Of a stretch of DNA of 64,000 nt, positions 1 through 12,069 are shown piece after piece. Location of the stretch: NCBI RefSeq assembly GCF_045037415.1, contig NZ_CP173439.1; one strand, given 5' to 3'. The position numbers were made by a program, and so were the translations under genes. The notes below the pieces were generated by a model. That model was given only the letters and a program-made list of their open reading frames with translations, did not search any database and was not told the origin of the DNA. The DNA comes from Escherichia coli. Its GTDB lineage: Bacteria > Pseudomonadota > Gammaproteobacteria > Enterobacterales > Enterobacteriaceae. How positions within the stretch are numbered: the first letter of the stretch is position 1; the number at the start of each line of letters is the position of its first letter.

Positions 1-291
1 CAGCAGCGGTTTCGTTTTCAACTGACGTTCGGCAAGGCGCTGCTCCGCCGTCATTCCCCTTATCTCTGCCTCGATGGCGTACAGTTCGCCGATCCGTTTC
101 AGCGCTTCCTCCGTCAGGGTTGACGGGGTGCGAACGTGCACATCGTGGATTTTACGGCGGGCGTGAGCCCAACAGGCGGCTTCCGTTATCCGGTCATCCC
201 GGTACAGCTCGTTGAACCCGGCGTATGCATCCGCCTGCAGTACACCACTGAACCCCGCAAGATGGGTCTGCGGATGGATGCCTTTTCTGTG
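1..291 (-). pseudogene. IS66-family transposase (TnpC) internal fragment
   Basis: Minus-strand translation reads ...[46 protein letters not shown]...[14 protein letters not shown], with the CWAHARRK hallmark of IS66 TnpC; stop at 292-294 upstream, runs off the window at position 1. Confidence 0.6.
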
Positions 292-349
292 TCAACGCCA
301 CGATGTTTGACCGTTATTTGCCATTTTCATGCCCGCTAAGATACTTTCG

Positions 350-2319
<1,970 letters not shown>

Positions 2320-2366
2320 GTTGATGTCCTTTCTGGTGTGAGAACCTTAAGGAAACAACATGTTGG

Positions 2367-2666
2367 GTGGAGCGGACAATCCAAATGGTGAATTACCGTC
2401 TTATATCACTGGCGCTGACAAACAGGGATATTGCGACAATTCACAGCAATATCGTGCAGGAATACAACACCCTTAAAGGGTATAGCTGGAAATGGCTGGG
2501 TGGGGTGTCAGTGGCTTTTCTGGTTATGTTCTGTGTGCTCGGATGGGGAATGAAAACAATACTCGACAGGAACTACAACGCCACAGCGGCGGTGTATCAG
2601 AAAGTTGTGACACTGGAAGATAAACTGGTGGAGAAACCTGTCACGGGGAAGAGCCGGAAAAACTGA
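2367..2666 (+). CDS. hypothetical small membrane protein
   Basis: 99-aa ORF with one hydrophobic segment (GGVSVAFLVMFCVLGWG); start uncertain, may overlap the IS end. Confidence 0.3.
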   Translation: MERTIQMVNYRLISLALTNRDIATIHSNIVQEYNTLKGYSWKWLGGVSVAFLVMFCVLGWGMKTILDRNYNATAAVYQKVVTLEDKLVEKPVTGKSRKN

Positions 2667-2731
2667 CGCGCTTCGCTTGTCCAACGCCTCACGACCCGCG
2701 AAAGAATTTCGCGAACCGTTCACTGTTTTTT

Positions 2732-2941
2732 TCAATATGATTCTGTCTGCTTTGGTCGATAAAGCAGACGATAGTATTCCAGCCTTCGTATATATAACGG
2801 TACGTGCTCATCAGTAAGAGCTGGCGGTATTGTGTTATCAGGGGGAAGTTTTTTCAGATACTCACGAAATGCCTGGCTTGATGCCATAAAATCTACAGCT
2901 GCATCGATAATATGTGGGATATTTTCATCTAATTTTGTCAT
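2732..2941 (-). CDS. hypothetical protein
   Basis: 69-aa ORF, convergent with 2367..2666; no recognised motif. Confidence 0.25.
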   Translation of the reverse strand: MTKLDENIPHIIDAAVDFMASSQAFREYLKKLPPDNTIPPALTDEHVPLYIRRLEYYRLLYRPKQTESY

Positions 2942-3450
2942 GATGATTGATCTGATATTATCACGGTTCGTGAATTATAGTATGTCACTATTATTTATGC
3001 TTTAGTGAACCAGAAAAAATCCCCCGTTGGTATAGGGGGATATGTAAGGAGAAATAACTTCGCAGGTGTTCTTGTTTGTATTATAACGTGAAAAGAATGC
3101 ACGCAACTTAATTAATCTGCCGTACTTCCTTTCAGTTTTCAAGATAAGGTTTATAATAAAACATGGAATGGAAGCAAGCTTTAAGGTTTCAGCTCTAAAA
3201 TTTTTAATATCTATTAACTAGCTAGTTGTTGTCCTTGTGAGCATGTTGTATATAAAAGCTAGGATAATATCCTGACCGGAGTATTCATATTCCTTATCCC
3301 CTCTGTGTTCTCAGAGGTTTTTTTCTGTATTTAATGATATGAGCTGGAATGCGATTCCGGCCCCCCCCGTTTACATAATTCTCCCTGACATACGGCACCG
3401 GAATCGCATTGATTTTGCATTGCTAATGTCTAACTGTGCTGGTGAATGTT

Positions 3451-3488
3451 GGGGGCAGTTTGGATATCGAAAATTATTGTACGTTAAG
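3451..3488 (+). repeat. 38-bp Tn3-family-type terminal inverted repeat (copy A)
   Basis: Starts GGGG, ends ACGTTAAG as in Tn3-family IRs; related copies at 5787, 13586, 27905. Confidence 0.75.
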
Positions 3489-3554
3489 GTTGTTTTTTGA
3501 CCTTGTCGGGGTCCGCCTGCGGGCAGTAGAGATCATATAAGGTATTCAATAACG

Positions 3555-3830
3555 TCATGATGCGGTTATCCCCGATACGGTAATATACCATTTTACCTGC
3601 CCGTCGGGTTCGACCAGCTTCAGGCGACGCATGACACCCAACTGCTGAGACAGGGTCGGCTGAGTGATACCGACCGCCGCTTCCAGCTCGGTCACATTCG
3701 CTTCCCCCTGGCTTAACTGACACATCAACAATAGCCGGTCGCTGTTGGCCAGTCCCCGTAGGACATCTGCTGCCCCCAGGGCTGCATTTTTCATATCAGT
3801 CTGACGTTTTGTGTCTTCATTCATGGGCAT
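3555..3830 (-). CDS. ArsR/SmtB-family transcriptional regulator (BigR/YgaV-like)
   Basis: Winged-HTH region LLLMCQLSQGEANVTELEAAVGITQPTLSQQLGVMRRLKLV; divergent from the CoADR-rhodanese gene; start codon uncertain. Confidence 0.7.
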   Translation of the reverse strand: MPMNEDTKRQTDMKNAALGAADVLRGLANSDRLLLMCQLSQGEANVTELEAAVGITQPTLSQQLGVMRRLKLVEPDGQVKWYITVSGITAS

Positions 3831-3990
3831 TGCTGGTTTCTTATATTATGTATTTTTATATAATATTGTTCAGTATAATGATAGTGGCGTAATTTTGCCA
3901 CCGTGATCTTCAGGTCTGCAGCGTCCAGCTGGACCGGGTAACTAATTATATATGGCAGATATTTTGCCCCGAGTGAACAGAGAGGATGTA

Positions 3991-5649
3991 ATGAAAATAG
4001 TGATTGTTGGTGGTGTTGCCGGGGGAGCATCCGCTGCAGCCAGGGCTCGTCGGTTATCAGAGGATGTCAGTATTGTTGTGTTTGAGCGGGGAAGCGATGT
4101 CTCTTTCGCCAACTGTGGATTGCCTTATCATATAGGCGGAAAAATTCCGTTACGGCAGTCGCTGATTCTGAAAACCCCGGAGGATTTTAAATCCCGTTTT
4201 AACATAGACGTCCGTATCCGTCATGAAGTGATGTCAGTAGACCCGGTTAATAAGATGGTGACGGTTAAAAATCTGACCTCCGGGGAGGTCTATACCGAAG
4301 AATGGGATCGTCTGCTCCTCAGTACCGGTGCCGCTCCGGTTGTTCCCCCCTTGCCCGGACTACAGGAAGCGGGTGTCTTTACACTGCGAAATCTTACTGA
4401 CATGGATGCTATCCAGGCGTGGATTGAGCAACATAATATCGCTCACACCACGCTTGTCGGGGGGGGATTTATCGGGCTCGAAGTGATGGAGGCACTGAGC
4501 GAAAGGGGGATCAGTGTGACCCTGCTGGAGATGGGGGAACAGGTTATGGCTCCGGTTGATCCTGAAATGGCATCGGCCCTGCATCAGGAAATCAGGAGTC
4601 ATGGCGTGGATCTGCGTCTCAGAACGGCGCTCACCGAGGTACTGCGGACAGAGACGGGATTCCGCGTTGCACTGTCTGACGGTGGGTTTCTGCAGACCGA
4701 CATGGTTATTCTCGCCATCGGGGTAAAACCTGAGAGCAGCCTTGCCACAGGAGCCGGGCTCGCCGTGGGTAAACGGGGAGGCATAAGTGTCAATGCCTGT
4801 ATGCAGACAAGTATCCCTGACATCTATGCCGTGGGGGATGCAGTTGAAACACCTGACCTTGTCTTTCAGGAACCCGCTAATGTTCCTCTGGCAGGGCCAG
4901 CCAACCGCCAGGGACGCATTGCTGCTGATAATATGCTCGATCGTCACAGCCTTTACCATGGCAGTCAGGGGACATCCATTTGTAAGGTATTTTCGCTGAG
5001 TATTGGCAGTGTCGGGGCGAATGAAAAGCAGCTGAAAGCCCATGGTACCCGATACGAGAAGGTTTACGTCCATGCCGCTGATCATGCCAGTTACTACCCG
5101 GGGGCAACAATGATCAGTCTGAAACTGCTGTTCAGCCCCGATACCGGTAAAATTCTCGGGGCCCAGGCGTCAGGGAAAAAAGGGGTTGATAAACGCATCG
5201 ATGTCCTGGCTGTCGTACAGCGCGCGGGGCTTACCGTTAACGATCTCGAGCATCTGGAGCTGACCTATGCTCCGCCTTTCAACAGTGCAAGGGACGTCGT
5301 TAACCAGGCTGGAATGGTGGCGGCAAATGTTATCAAGGGTGATACGGTCATCTGTCATGTCCGCGATGTGTTACAACGGGAACCGGGCAGTTATTGTTTA
5401 CTTGATATTCGTTCTCCTGCAGAACTGAAACAATTTGGTGAATATCCTGACGCGCTATCCATCCCTCTTGATTCCCTGCGGGAGAATCTTGATAAGTTGC
5501 CTGAAGATAAAGAGATTATTATCGGGTGTCAGAGTGGTCTGCGGGGGCATGTGGCATACCGTATGCTTCAGTCTCACGGCTTCCGGACATATAATCTGAG
5601 TGGTGGTTTTATAACTTGGCAGGCGGTTACGGAATCAATGAGTCAATAA
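3991..5649 (+). CDS. CoA-disulfide reductase-like flavoprotein with C-terminal rhodanese domain
   Basis: N-terminal FAD motif IVGGVAGGASAA, redox Cys in SFANCGLPY, second Rossmann fold GGGFIGLE, C-terminal rhodanese with active-site Cys in IGCQSGLRG; AGAGG RBS before ATG 3991. Confidence 0.8.
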   Translation: MKIVIVGGVAGGASAAARARRLSEDVSIVVFERGSDVSFANCGLPYHIGGKIPLRQSLILKTPEDFKSRFNIDVRIRHEVMSVDPVNKMVTVKNLTSGEVYTEEWDRLLLSTGAAPVVPPLPGLQEAGVFTLRNLTDMDAIQAWIEQHNIAHTTLVGGGFIGLEVMEALSERGISVTLLEMGEQVMAPVDPEMASALHQEIRSHGVDLRLRTALTEVLRTETGFRVALSDGGFLQTDMVILAIGVKPESSLATGAGLAVGKRGGISVNACMQTSIPDIYAVGDAVETPDLVFQEPANVPLAGPANRQGRIAADNMLDRHSLYHGSQGTSICKVFSLSIGSVGANEKQLKAHGTRYEKVYVHAADHASYYPGATMISLKLLFSPDTGKILGAQASGKKGVDKRIDVLAVVQRAGLTVNDLEHLELTYAPPFNSARDVVNQAGMVAANVIKGDTVICHVRDVLQREPGSYCLLDIRSPAELKQFGEYPDALSIPLDSLRENLDKLPEDKEIIIGCQSGLRGHVAYRMLQSHGFRTYNLSGGFITWQAVTESMSQ

Positions 5650-5786
5650 GAGATGAGGTGCCATACACATGGCACCTCATCTTCCAGATTCATTGAAAAC
5701 GTATTATATGGAATAGAAATCTACAAAAATAATTAACACCCTGGATGGTACCCTATTGCGATAATGTGGACTGTTCAAAAAACAGG

Positions 5787-5824
5787 CTTACCGTACAATA
5801 ATTCTCTATATCCAAACTGACCCC
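5787..5824 (-). repeat. 38-bp Tn3-family-type inverted repeat (copy D, inverted partner of A)
   Basis: Reverse complement GGGGTCAGTTTGGATATAGAGAATTATTGTACGGTAAG. Confidence 0.75.
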
Positions 5825-6880
5825 AATGTTCCTGAATGTAAATCTCCGTACAAAGATATCGTTGAGTTTTATATAATTCATTGTTTTTATTGTGTTTTGT
5901 TTTTTTTGGTTGTGCTGGTTTGTAGTTATAAAAAACCCCTGGGAATCCAGGGGTAGGTAAGGAAAACAAATGATACTCAGTTAGTGTTGCACTTTAAACG
6001 GGTTGAAGTATAACTCGTATTAAATGAGATGTTGAAAATAAGTGAAAACCATTGCTGGTTGCAATAGGGCAGTATGCGTAAAAAATAAATTTGTGATGCT
6101 TTTCAAAAAAACAATTAATACATGAATATTACAGCTCATATATTACAGTTTATAAAAAACTGTGTTTTATCTATTACATAGAGAAAAATTCTTATCCTGA
6201 GCTGTGAACTTGGTTGTTTCGTTTGATATATATCTTTGTAAATGTGGTTTATTATGCGGGCATTTTTTATTGAGTATTGAATCAGAATAAGTGATGCAGC
6301 TAAATTTATTTGCGTAACTATTTCATTGTCAATATTCTGACTCAATCTGACACCTATCGTTTCTCTTGGATTCCCCACTTTTGTGGTTTTTTATCCGGAA
6401 CGGGATAGTGCCAGTTGTTTTTTATCAGCCTCAGGGTATTTTGGGGCGGTTGCGAACATTGACGCATTCCACAACTAAAAAAAATTTCTCACAGACTCTG
6501 ATTCTTGCCCCGACCCTTGGTCGGTTTTTTTTTGTCCTGGCGAAACGTGAAGCTCTGAAACAGGAAACCCCGTCAGAGCGCCACGCACCAGGGGAGAAAA
6601 CTTGTCGTTTTGAGCCGTTCGGTGTTCAGAACGCACGAAACCGATCGCACATCGCTTTCGTGCATAGTTATGCAACGCCCTGAAAACGATTCTGACGCGT
6701 TTTTCTGGTTTGGCCTGGTGTTTTCTTGTCTTTTTGCGTTTTTTGCGCCAGAAAGCGATTGAGGGCGTTTTACATGGTACGTACAACGGGAGTTATGGTA
6801 AATGGATCGGGTTTTCGGGAAGGTTCGACAGGATTTGCCGTTGGGTGTAGTGTAAGCGACTGAAAAACAAACGCCCCTGA

Positions 6881-7579
6881 AATCATGTCCAGATCCGGCA
6901 GAACCAGCCTCATGCGCAGTTCTGGCTGGTTTTTGACGTTGATCGCGAGGGGGCAGCGATTGACTGGAGCGACCGGAACGCTCCCGCGCCGAACATCACC
7001 GTAAAAAATCCTGTGAACGGTCATGCTCACCTGCTCTACGCGCTCAATATCGCCGTGAGAACCGCGCCGGACAGCTCGGTTAAGGCGCTGAAATACGCCG
7101 CTGCGATTGAACGTTCGCTGTGTGAGAAACTTTGTGCTGATGTGAACTACAGCGGACTGATTTGTAAAAATCCGTTCCACCTGGAATGGCAGGTGATGGA
7201 GTGGCGAGAGGAAGCCTATACCCTCGATGAACTGGCTGATTATCTCGATTTGAGCGCCTCAGCGCGCCGTAGCATCGATAAACATTACGGGATGGGGCGA
7301 AACTGCCACCTGTTCGAAATGACGCGCAAATGGGCTTACAGGGCGATTCGTCAGGGCTGGCCCGAATTCTCACAGTGGCTTGATGCCGTGATTCAGCGTG
7401 TCGAAATGTACAACGCATCGCTTTCCGTTCCGCTTTCACCGCCTGAATGTCGGGCTATTGGCAAGAGCATTGCGAAATACACGCACAGGAACTTCACGCC
7501 GGAAACTTTCGCACAGTATGTGGCTGATACGCACACATTAACGTACGTTTTCGTTCCATTGGCCCTCACCCCCCGATAA
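6881..7579 (+). pseudogene. ColE2-type (primase-like) Rep initiator homolog with no recognisable N-terminus
   Basis: Frame is open from 6881 with no ATG until a GTG at 7013; motifs FWLVFDVD, KNPVNGHAHLLYAL, NPFH, GMGRNCHLF recalled as Rep/primase-like; preceded by about 1 kb of AT-rich non-coding DNA. Confidence 0.4.
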
Positions 7580-7747
7580 CGACCCAGGTAGCGCGCCGTA
7601 TTCCCCCCGCCGGCCGTTTTCTTCGACATGTACATCAGGCGCGGAACTCATCGGGGCGCGGGAATGAAATCCCATTCAGACTCCGGATAGATTCAAGCAA
7701 GCCCACTTATCGTCAAAATCGGTGTTGCAAAAACGGGAGTGACCATA

Positions 7748-7770
7748 GATCCGTTTTCCAAGCGGACCCC
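7748..7770 (-). repeat. Partial Tn3-family IR (outer 23 bp) matching the IR of the miniature element at 63603
   Basis: Reverse complement GGGGTCCGCTTGGAAAACGGATC equals the first 22-23 bp of the IR at 63603-63640. Confidence 0.6.
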
Positions 7771-7816
7771 ATAATATCGGCTGGTAAACATCACTCGCTA
7801 GTGCATTCTTTTTGTT

Positions 7817-7835
7817 GGTAATGATAATCATTTAC
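7817..7835. promoter_or_regulatory. Fur box upstream of chaN-like operon
   Basis: GGTAATGATAATCATTTAC resembles Fur consensus GATAATGATAATCATTATC. Confidence 0.6.
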
Positions 7836-7911
7836 ATTCATTCTTTGATGTTTTATCATAATTAATGTTTTGTCAATAAATATATGGAAACATATTGTTT
7901 CAGATGGGAAT

Positions 7912-8787
7912 ATGAGAAAGTTCATCCTTATTTCTATGATAACGTTAGCTAGTGTTAGTCTGGGAGCCTGCAGACAGAATGTCACCATAAAGCAGGATGC
8001 GCCAGGGCAGAAAGCTTTCCTGACTGACGGGCAGATTTACGATTTGCACAGTGGCAAAATTATTTCTAGCAGCGAGCTTTTGGCGGATCTTGCTACCGCT
8101 CAACATCTTATTATTGGTGAAAAACACGATAATGCCGAGCATCATCAGATTGAGCTTTGGCTTATTCAAAATTTGCTCATCCAGCGACCACAGGGGAGTG
8201 TGTTGCTTGAGATGTTGACGTCAGAGCAACAGCCCCGAGTTAACCAAGTTAAATGTTGGCTGAAAGATAATCCTGTGGTTCGAGATAGCCGTGTTCAGGA
8301 ACTACTTAACTGGCAAAAAGGGTGGTCCTGGGAGATGTATGGCGACATCGTCATGCAGCTATTACGTGGGCCTTACCCGCTGCTCAATGCCAACATTGGC
8401 CGGGAGCAGATATTGGCACTGTACAAAAAAAACGAATTTCCTAAAGGAAAAAAATCCACTGCACCTGTGGTACAAGAAGCTCTGCGTGAAACCATCATAT
8501 CTATGCATGAAGGCAACCTTGAAAGCCAGCAACTGACGTCAATGCTCTCTATTCAGCAGCAGCGGGATCGCTACATGGCCCGCCAGCTTCTGAGTGCCCC
8601 GGTACCGTCGTTGTTGATTGCAGGTGGTTATCACGCGTCAAAAAGCATGGGCGTACCGTTACACATGGAAGATCTTGCCACCGGCACCCATCCAGTGGTG
8701 TTGATGCTTGCAGAAAAAGGAATGAACATCACAGTAGATCATGCTGACTACGTGTGGTTTGTAGCGCCAGATACAACAAAAAGGTAA
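7912..8787 (+). CDS. ChaN-family (heme/iron-associated) lipoprotein
   Basis: Lipoprotein signal LASVSLGAC; GEKHD...EHH motif region typical of the ChaN family. Confidence 0.55.
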   Translation: MRKFILISMITLASVSLGACRQNVTIKQDAPGQKAFLTDGQIYDLHSGKIISSSELLADLATAQHLIIGEKHDNAEHHQIELWLIQNLLIQRPQGSVLLEMLTSEQQPRVNQVKCWLKDNPVVRDSRVQELLNWQKGWSWEMYGDIVMQLLRGPYPLLNANIGREQILALYKKNEFPKGKKSTAPVVQEALRETIISMHEGNLESQQLTSMLSIQQQRDRYMARQLLSAPVPSLLIAGGYHASKSMGVPLHMEDLATGTHPVVLMLAEKGMNITVDHADYVWFVAPDTTKR

Positions 8788-8794
8788 ACCATGG

Positions 8795-9571
8795 ATGATG
8801 AATATTCTCCACTTCTCACAGTCGGTAAAATGGAGCAGCTGGTTTATCTGTTCTCTACTGCTTCATGGACTGATTTTCCTTGCGTTTATCTGGCGTTTTT
8901 CCGAAGTTCAGCCCGCTATGTCTCCTGCACCGGCGATCATGCTGCAATGGGCAGAAATTATAGAGGCTCCTTCTTCTCCACTTTCGCTTCCGGTGGGAAT
9001 CGCTCAACAGGAGTCCGCAGTGACAGAAGAAAAGCAACAAACTGAGGACAGACAACAACGTCCTGTCACTGAAGACAGTGATGCAACCATTGAAATAACT
9101 AGGAAGAAAAAGTCATCCGATGGAGAAAAGAAAAAGACACGTCCACCTCGTAAGATAAAGGCTCAAACCAGCGACAGCAACCCCACAGCCGTTTCCAGTA
9201 ATGCTGCACCTCAGGCTCTGGTCGAATCGTCCCGTATTGCTGCGCCTTTTAACAGTGACTCAACAAAGCGAGATAATTCTGAGGCATCTTGGGAAAGCAG
9301 AGTAAAAGGCCACCTAAACCGTTATAAACGTTACCCTGGCGATGCCAGAAAACGTGCACGAACCGGCACAGCCGTCGTGACTTTTACCGTAAACACGGAA
9401 GGCACTATTGTCAGTAGTTTCTTGGAAATCTCTTCAGGAACCTTTTCTCTTGACCGCGAAGCTATTGCTGTTTTAGAACGCGCTCAACCACTTCCCAAAC
9501 CACCGCCTGAAATATTGGAGGGAGGATTATTTAAAGTAAAAATGCCGATTACCTTTAAGTTGAAGGAGTAA
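8795..9571 (+). CDS. tonB: TonB-family energy transducer
   Basis: N-terminal anchor with S...H motif (SLLLHGLIFLA), Pro/Lys/Glu-rich spacer, C-terminal TonB domain. Confidence 0.7.
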   Translation: MMNILHFSQSVKWSSWFICSLLLHGLIFLAFIWRFSEVQPAMSPAPAIMLQWAEIIEAPSSPLSLPVGIAQQESAVTEEKQQTEDRQQRPVTEDSDATIEITRKKKSSDGEKKKTRPPRKIKAQTSDSNPTAVSSNAAPQALVESSRIAAPFNSDSTKRDNSEASWESRVKGHLNRYKRYPGDARKRARTGTAVVTFTVNTEGTIVSSFLEISSGTFSLDREAIAVLERAQPLPKPPPEILEGGLFKVKMPITFKLKE

Positions 9572-9739
9572 AGGGATAATTGGCCGTTCAAGTTCATTTA
9601 ACTGAAATTTAATTTTCATTTTTATGCTGAACATTTTATCAAACTTTTCCACTGTCAAAAAAATCAAAAAGACAGTAGAACATAATTAATAAACAAATAG
9701 TTATACTTATCTTTATTAATATTATACCCAAGGAAATTT

Positions 9740-12001
9740 ATGAACGTTATAAAACTGGCTATCGGCTCAGGCATATTATTGCTCAGCTGCGGTGCTTACT
9801 CACAATCCATCAGTGAAAAAACTAATTCCGACAAAAAAGGAGCGGCAGAATTCAGTCCGCTCAGCGTTTCTGTCGGGAAGACGACCAGTGAGCAGGAAGC
9901 TCTCGAGAAAACAGGCGCGACCAGTTCCCGGACAACGGACAAAAACCTGCAATCACTTGACGCAACAGTGCGTAGTATGCCTGGTACTTATACTCAAATA
10001 GATCCTGGTCAGGGAGCAATCAGTGTGAATATTCGAGGCATGAGCGGATTTGGTCGTGTAAACACTATGGTCGATGGTATTACCCAGAGTTTTTACGGAA
10101 CCTCTACCTCCGGAACAACGACGCATGGTTCAACTAACAATATGGCTGGCGTACTTATAGATCCTAACTTACTGGTAGCAGTTGATGTTACACGCGGTGA
10201 CAGCAGTGGCTCTGAAGGGATCAACGCCCTTGCCGGTAGTGCAAATATGCGTACTATTGGCGTTGACGATGTAATATTTAACGGTAATACATATGGCCTT
10301 CGTTCACGTTTCTCTGTCGGTAGTAATGGGCTGGGACGCAGCGGAATGATCGCCCTTGGTGGAAAAAGCGACGCTTTTACGGATACGGGAAGCATTGGCG
10401 TTATGGCTGCTGTGAGCGGCAGTTCTGTGTACTCTAATTTCTCAAATGGTTCTGGAATTAACAGCAAAGAGTTTGGTTATGATAAATATATGAAGCAGAA
10501 CCCCAAATCCCAACTGTATAAAATGGATATCAGACCAGACGAATTTAACAGCTTCGAACTTTCCGCTCGAACCTATGAAAATAAATTTACACGTCGTGAT
10601 ATAACCAGTGACGACTATTACATTAAATATCATTACACCCCTTTTTCTGAATTAATTGACTTTAACGTAACGGCCAGTACCAGTCGCGGTAATCAAAAGT
10701 ATCGTGATGGCTCGCTGTATACTTTCTACAAAACCTCAGCGCAAAATCGTTCTGACGCGCTGGATATCAACAATACCAGCCGGTTCACTGTCGCGGACAA
10801 TGACCTGGAGTTTATGCTGGGCAGCAAACTGATGCGTACCCGCTATGACCGGACCATTCACTCAGCGGCGGGCGACCCGAAAGCGAATCAGGAATCGATC
10901 GAGAACAATCCGTTCGCACCCTCCGGCCAGCAGGATATTTCAGCGCTGTATACCGGGCTGAAGGTTACGCGCGGCATCTGGGAGGCAGATTTCAATCTCA
11001 ACTACACACGTAACAGGATCACAGGGTACAAGCCCGCCTGCGATTCACGCGTTATCTGCGTGCCACAGGGTAGCTACGATATTGACGATAAAGAGGGTGG
11101 CTTCAACCCTTCAGTTCAGCTTTCTGCTCAGGTAACACCATGGCTTCAGCCGTTCATTGGCTACAGCAAATCCATGCGCGCCCCGAACATCCAGGAGATG
11201 TTCTTCTCTAATTCAGGAGGCGCATCCATGAACCCATTCCTGAAGCCTGAACGTGCAGAAACCTGGCAGGCGGGTTTTAACATTGATACCAGAGATTTAC
11301 TGGTCGAACAGGATGCCCTGCGCTTTAAGGCTCTGGCGTACCGCAGCAGGATCCAGAACTACATCTACAGCGAGTCTTATCTGGTTTGTTCTGGAGGTCG
11401 TAAATGCAGTCTGCCTGAGGTGATTGGCAATGGCTGGGAGGGCATTAGCGATGAATACAGCGACAATATGTACATCTACGTTAACTCGGCAAGCGACGTT
11501 ATCGCAAAGGGCTTCGAACTGGAGATGGATTATGATGCAGGTTTTGCTTTTGGTCGACTCTCTTTCAGCCAGCAGCAAACAGACCAGCCAACCTCCATCG
11601 CCAGCACCCACTTTGGCGCAGGGGATATAACCGAACTGCCCAGAAAATACATGACGCTGGATACTGGTGTTCGCTTCTTCGATAACGCGTTGACCCTGGG
11701 CACTATCATAAAATACACAGGCAAGGCTCGTCGCCTGTCGCCTGATTTTGAGCAGGACGAACATACCGGCGCAATAATCAAACAGGATTTGCCGCAGATC
11801 CCAACGATTATCGATCTCTATGGTACTTACGAGTACAACCGCAACCTGACACTGAAACTTTCGGTACAAAACCTGATGAACAGAGATTATTCGGAGGCGC
11901 TGAATAAGCTCAACATGATGCCAGGTCTTGGTGACGAAACCCACCCAGCCAATTCCGCGCGTGGCAGAACATGGATATTTGGCGGGGATATTCGTTTCTG
12001 A
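9740..12001 (+). CDS. TonB-dependent outer-membrane receptor
   Basis: Signal peptide, plug and barrel layout, C-terminal aromatic residue (RF); MRAP...NPFL region resembles the heme-receptor FRAP/NPNL motifs but lacks the conserved His. Confidence 0.75.
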   Translation: MNVIKLAIGSGILLLSCGAYSQSISEKTNSDKKGAAEFSPLSVSVGKTTSEQEALEKTGATSSRTTDKNLQSLDATVRSMPGTYTQIDPGQGAISVNIRGMSGFGRVNTMVDGITQSFYGTSTSGTTTHGSTNNMAGVLIDPNLLVAVDVTRGDSSGSEGINALAGSANMRTIGVDDVIFNGNTYGLRSRFSVGSNGLGRSGMIALGGKSDAFTDTGSIGVMAAVSGSSVYSNFSNGSGINSKEFGYDKYMKQNPKSQLYKMDIRPDEFNSFELSARTYENKFTRRDITSDDYYIKYHYTPFSELIDFNVTASTSRGNQKYRDGSLYTFYKTSAQNRSDALDINNTSRFTVADNDLEFMLGSKLMRTRYDRTIHSAAGDPKANQESIENNPFAPSGQQDISALYTGLKVTRGIWEADFNLNYTRNRITGYKPACDSRVICVPQGSYDIDDKEGGFNPSVQLSAQVTPWLQPFIGYSKSMRAPNIQEMFFSNSGGASMNPFLKPERAETWQAGFNIDTRDLLVEQDALRFKALAYRSRIQNYIYSESYLVCSGGRKCSLPEVIGNGWEGISDEYSDNMYIYVNSASDVIAKGFELEMDYDAGFAFGRLSFSQQQTDQPTSIASTHFGAGDITELPRKYMTLDTGVRFFDNALTLGTIIKYTGKARRLSPDFEQDEHTGAIIKQDLPQIPTIIDLYGTYEYNRNLTLKLSVQNLMNRDYSEALNKLNMMPGLGDETHPANSARGRTWIFGGDIRF

Positions 12002-12069
12002 TGACAATTTCCGCTAGGTTCAGACAATACGTTTTCTCTCTTATGTCAATTTTATTGCAGGAACGAAAA

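Larger units (their letters stand above)
3451..5824. mobile_element. Transposase-less cassette bounded by 38-bp Tn3-family-type inverted repeats
   Basis: IR-A 3451-3488 (GGGGGCAGTTTGGATATCGAAAATTATTGTACGTTAAG) and its inverted partner IR-D 5787-5824 (34/38 identical); AATGTT direct repeat at 3445-3450 and 5825-5830; no transposase or resolvase inside. Confidence 0.7.

Noticed and set aside
1-10. Window begins with CAGCAGCGGT, the last 10 bases of the 20-mer found at 13654 and 57391
   Set aside because: A 10-mer match is within chance expectation for 64 kb, and here it lies inside transposase coding sequence; not treated as a junction.
136-339. 67-aa plus-strand ORF at the window start
   Set aside because: Lies antisense to the IS66-family transposase fragment, which gives a far better protein match on the minus strand; uses a GTG start.
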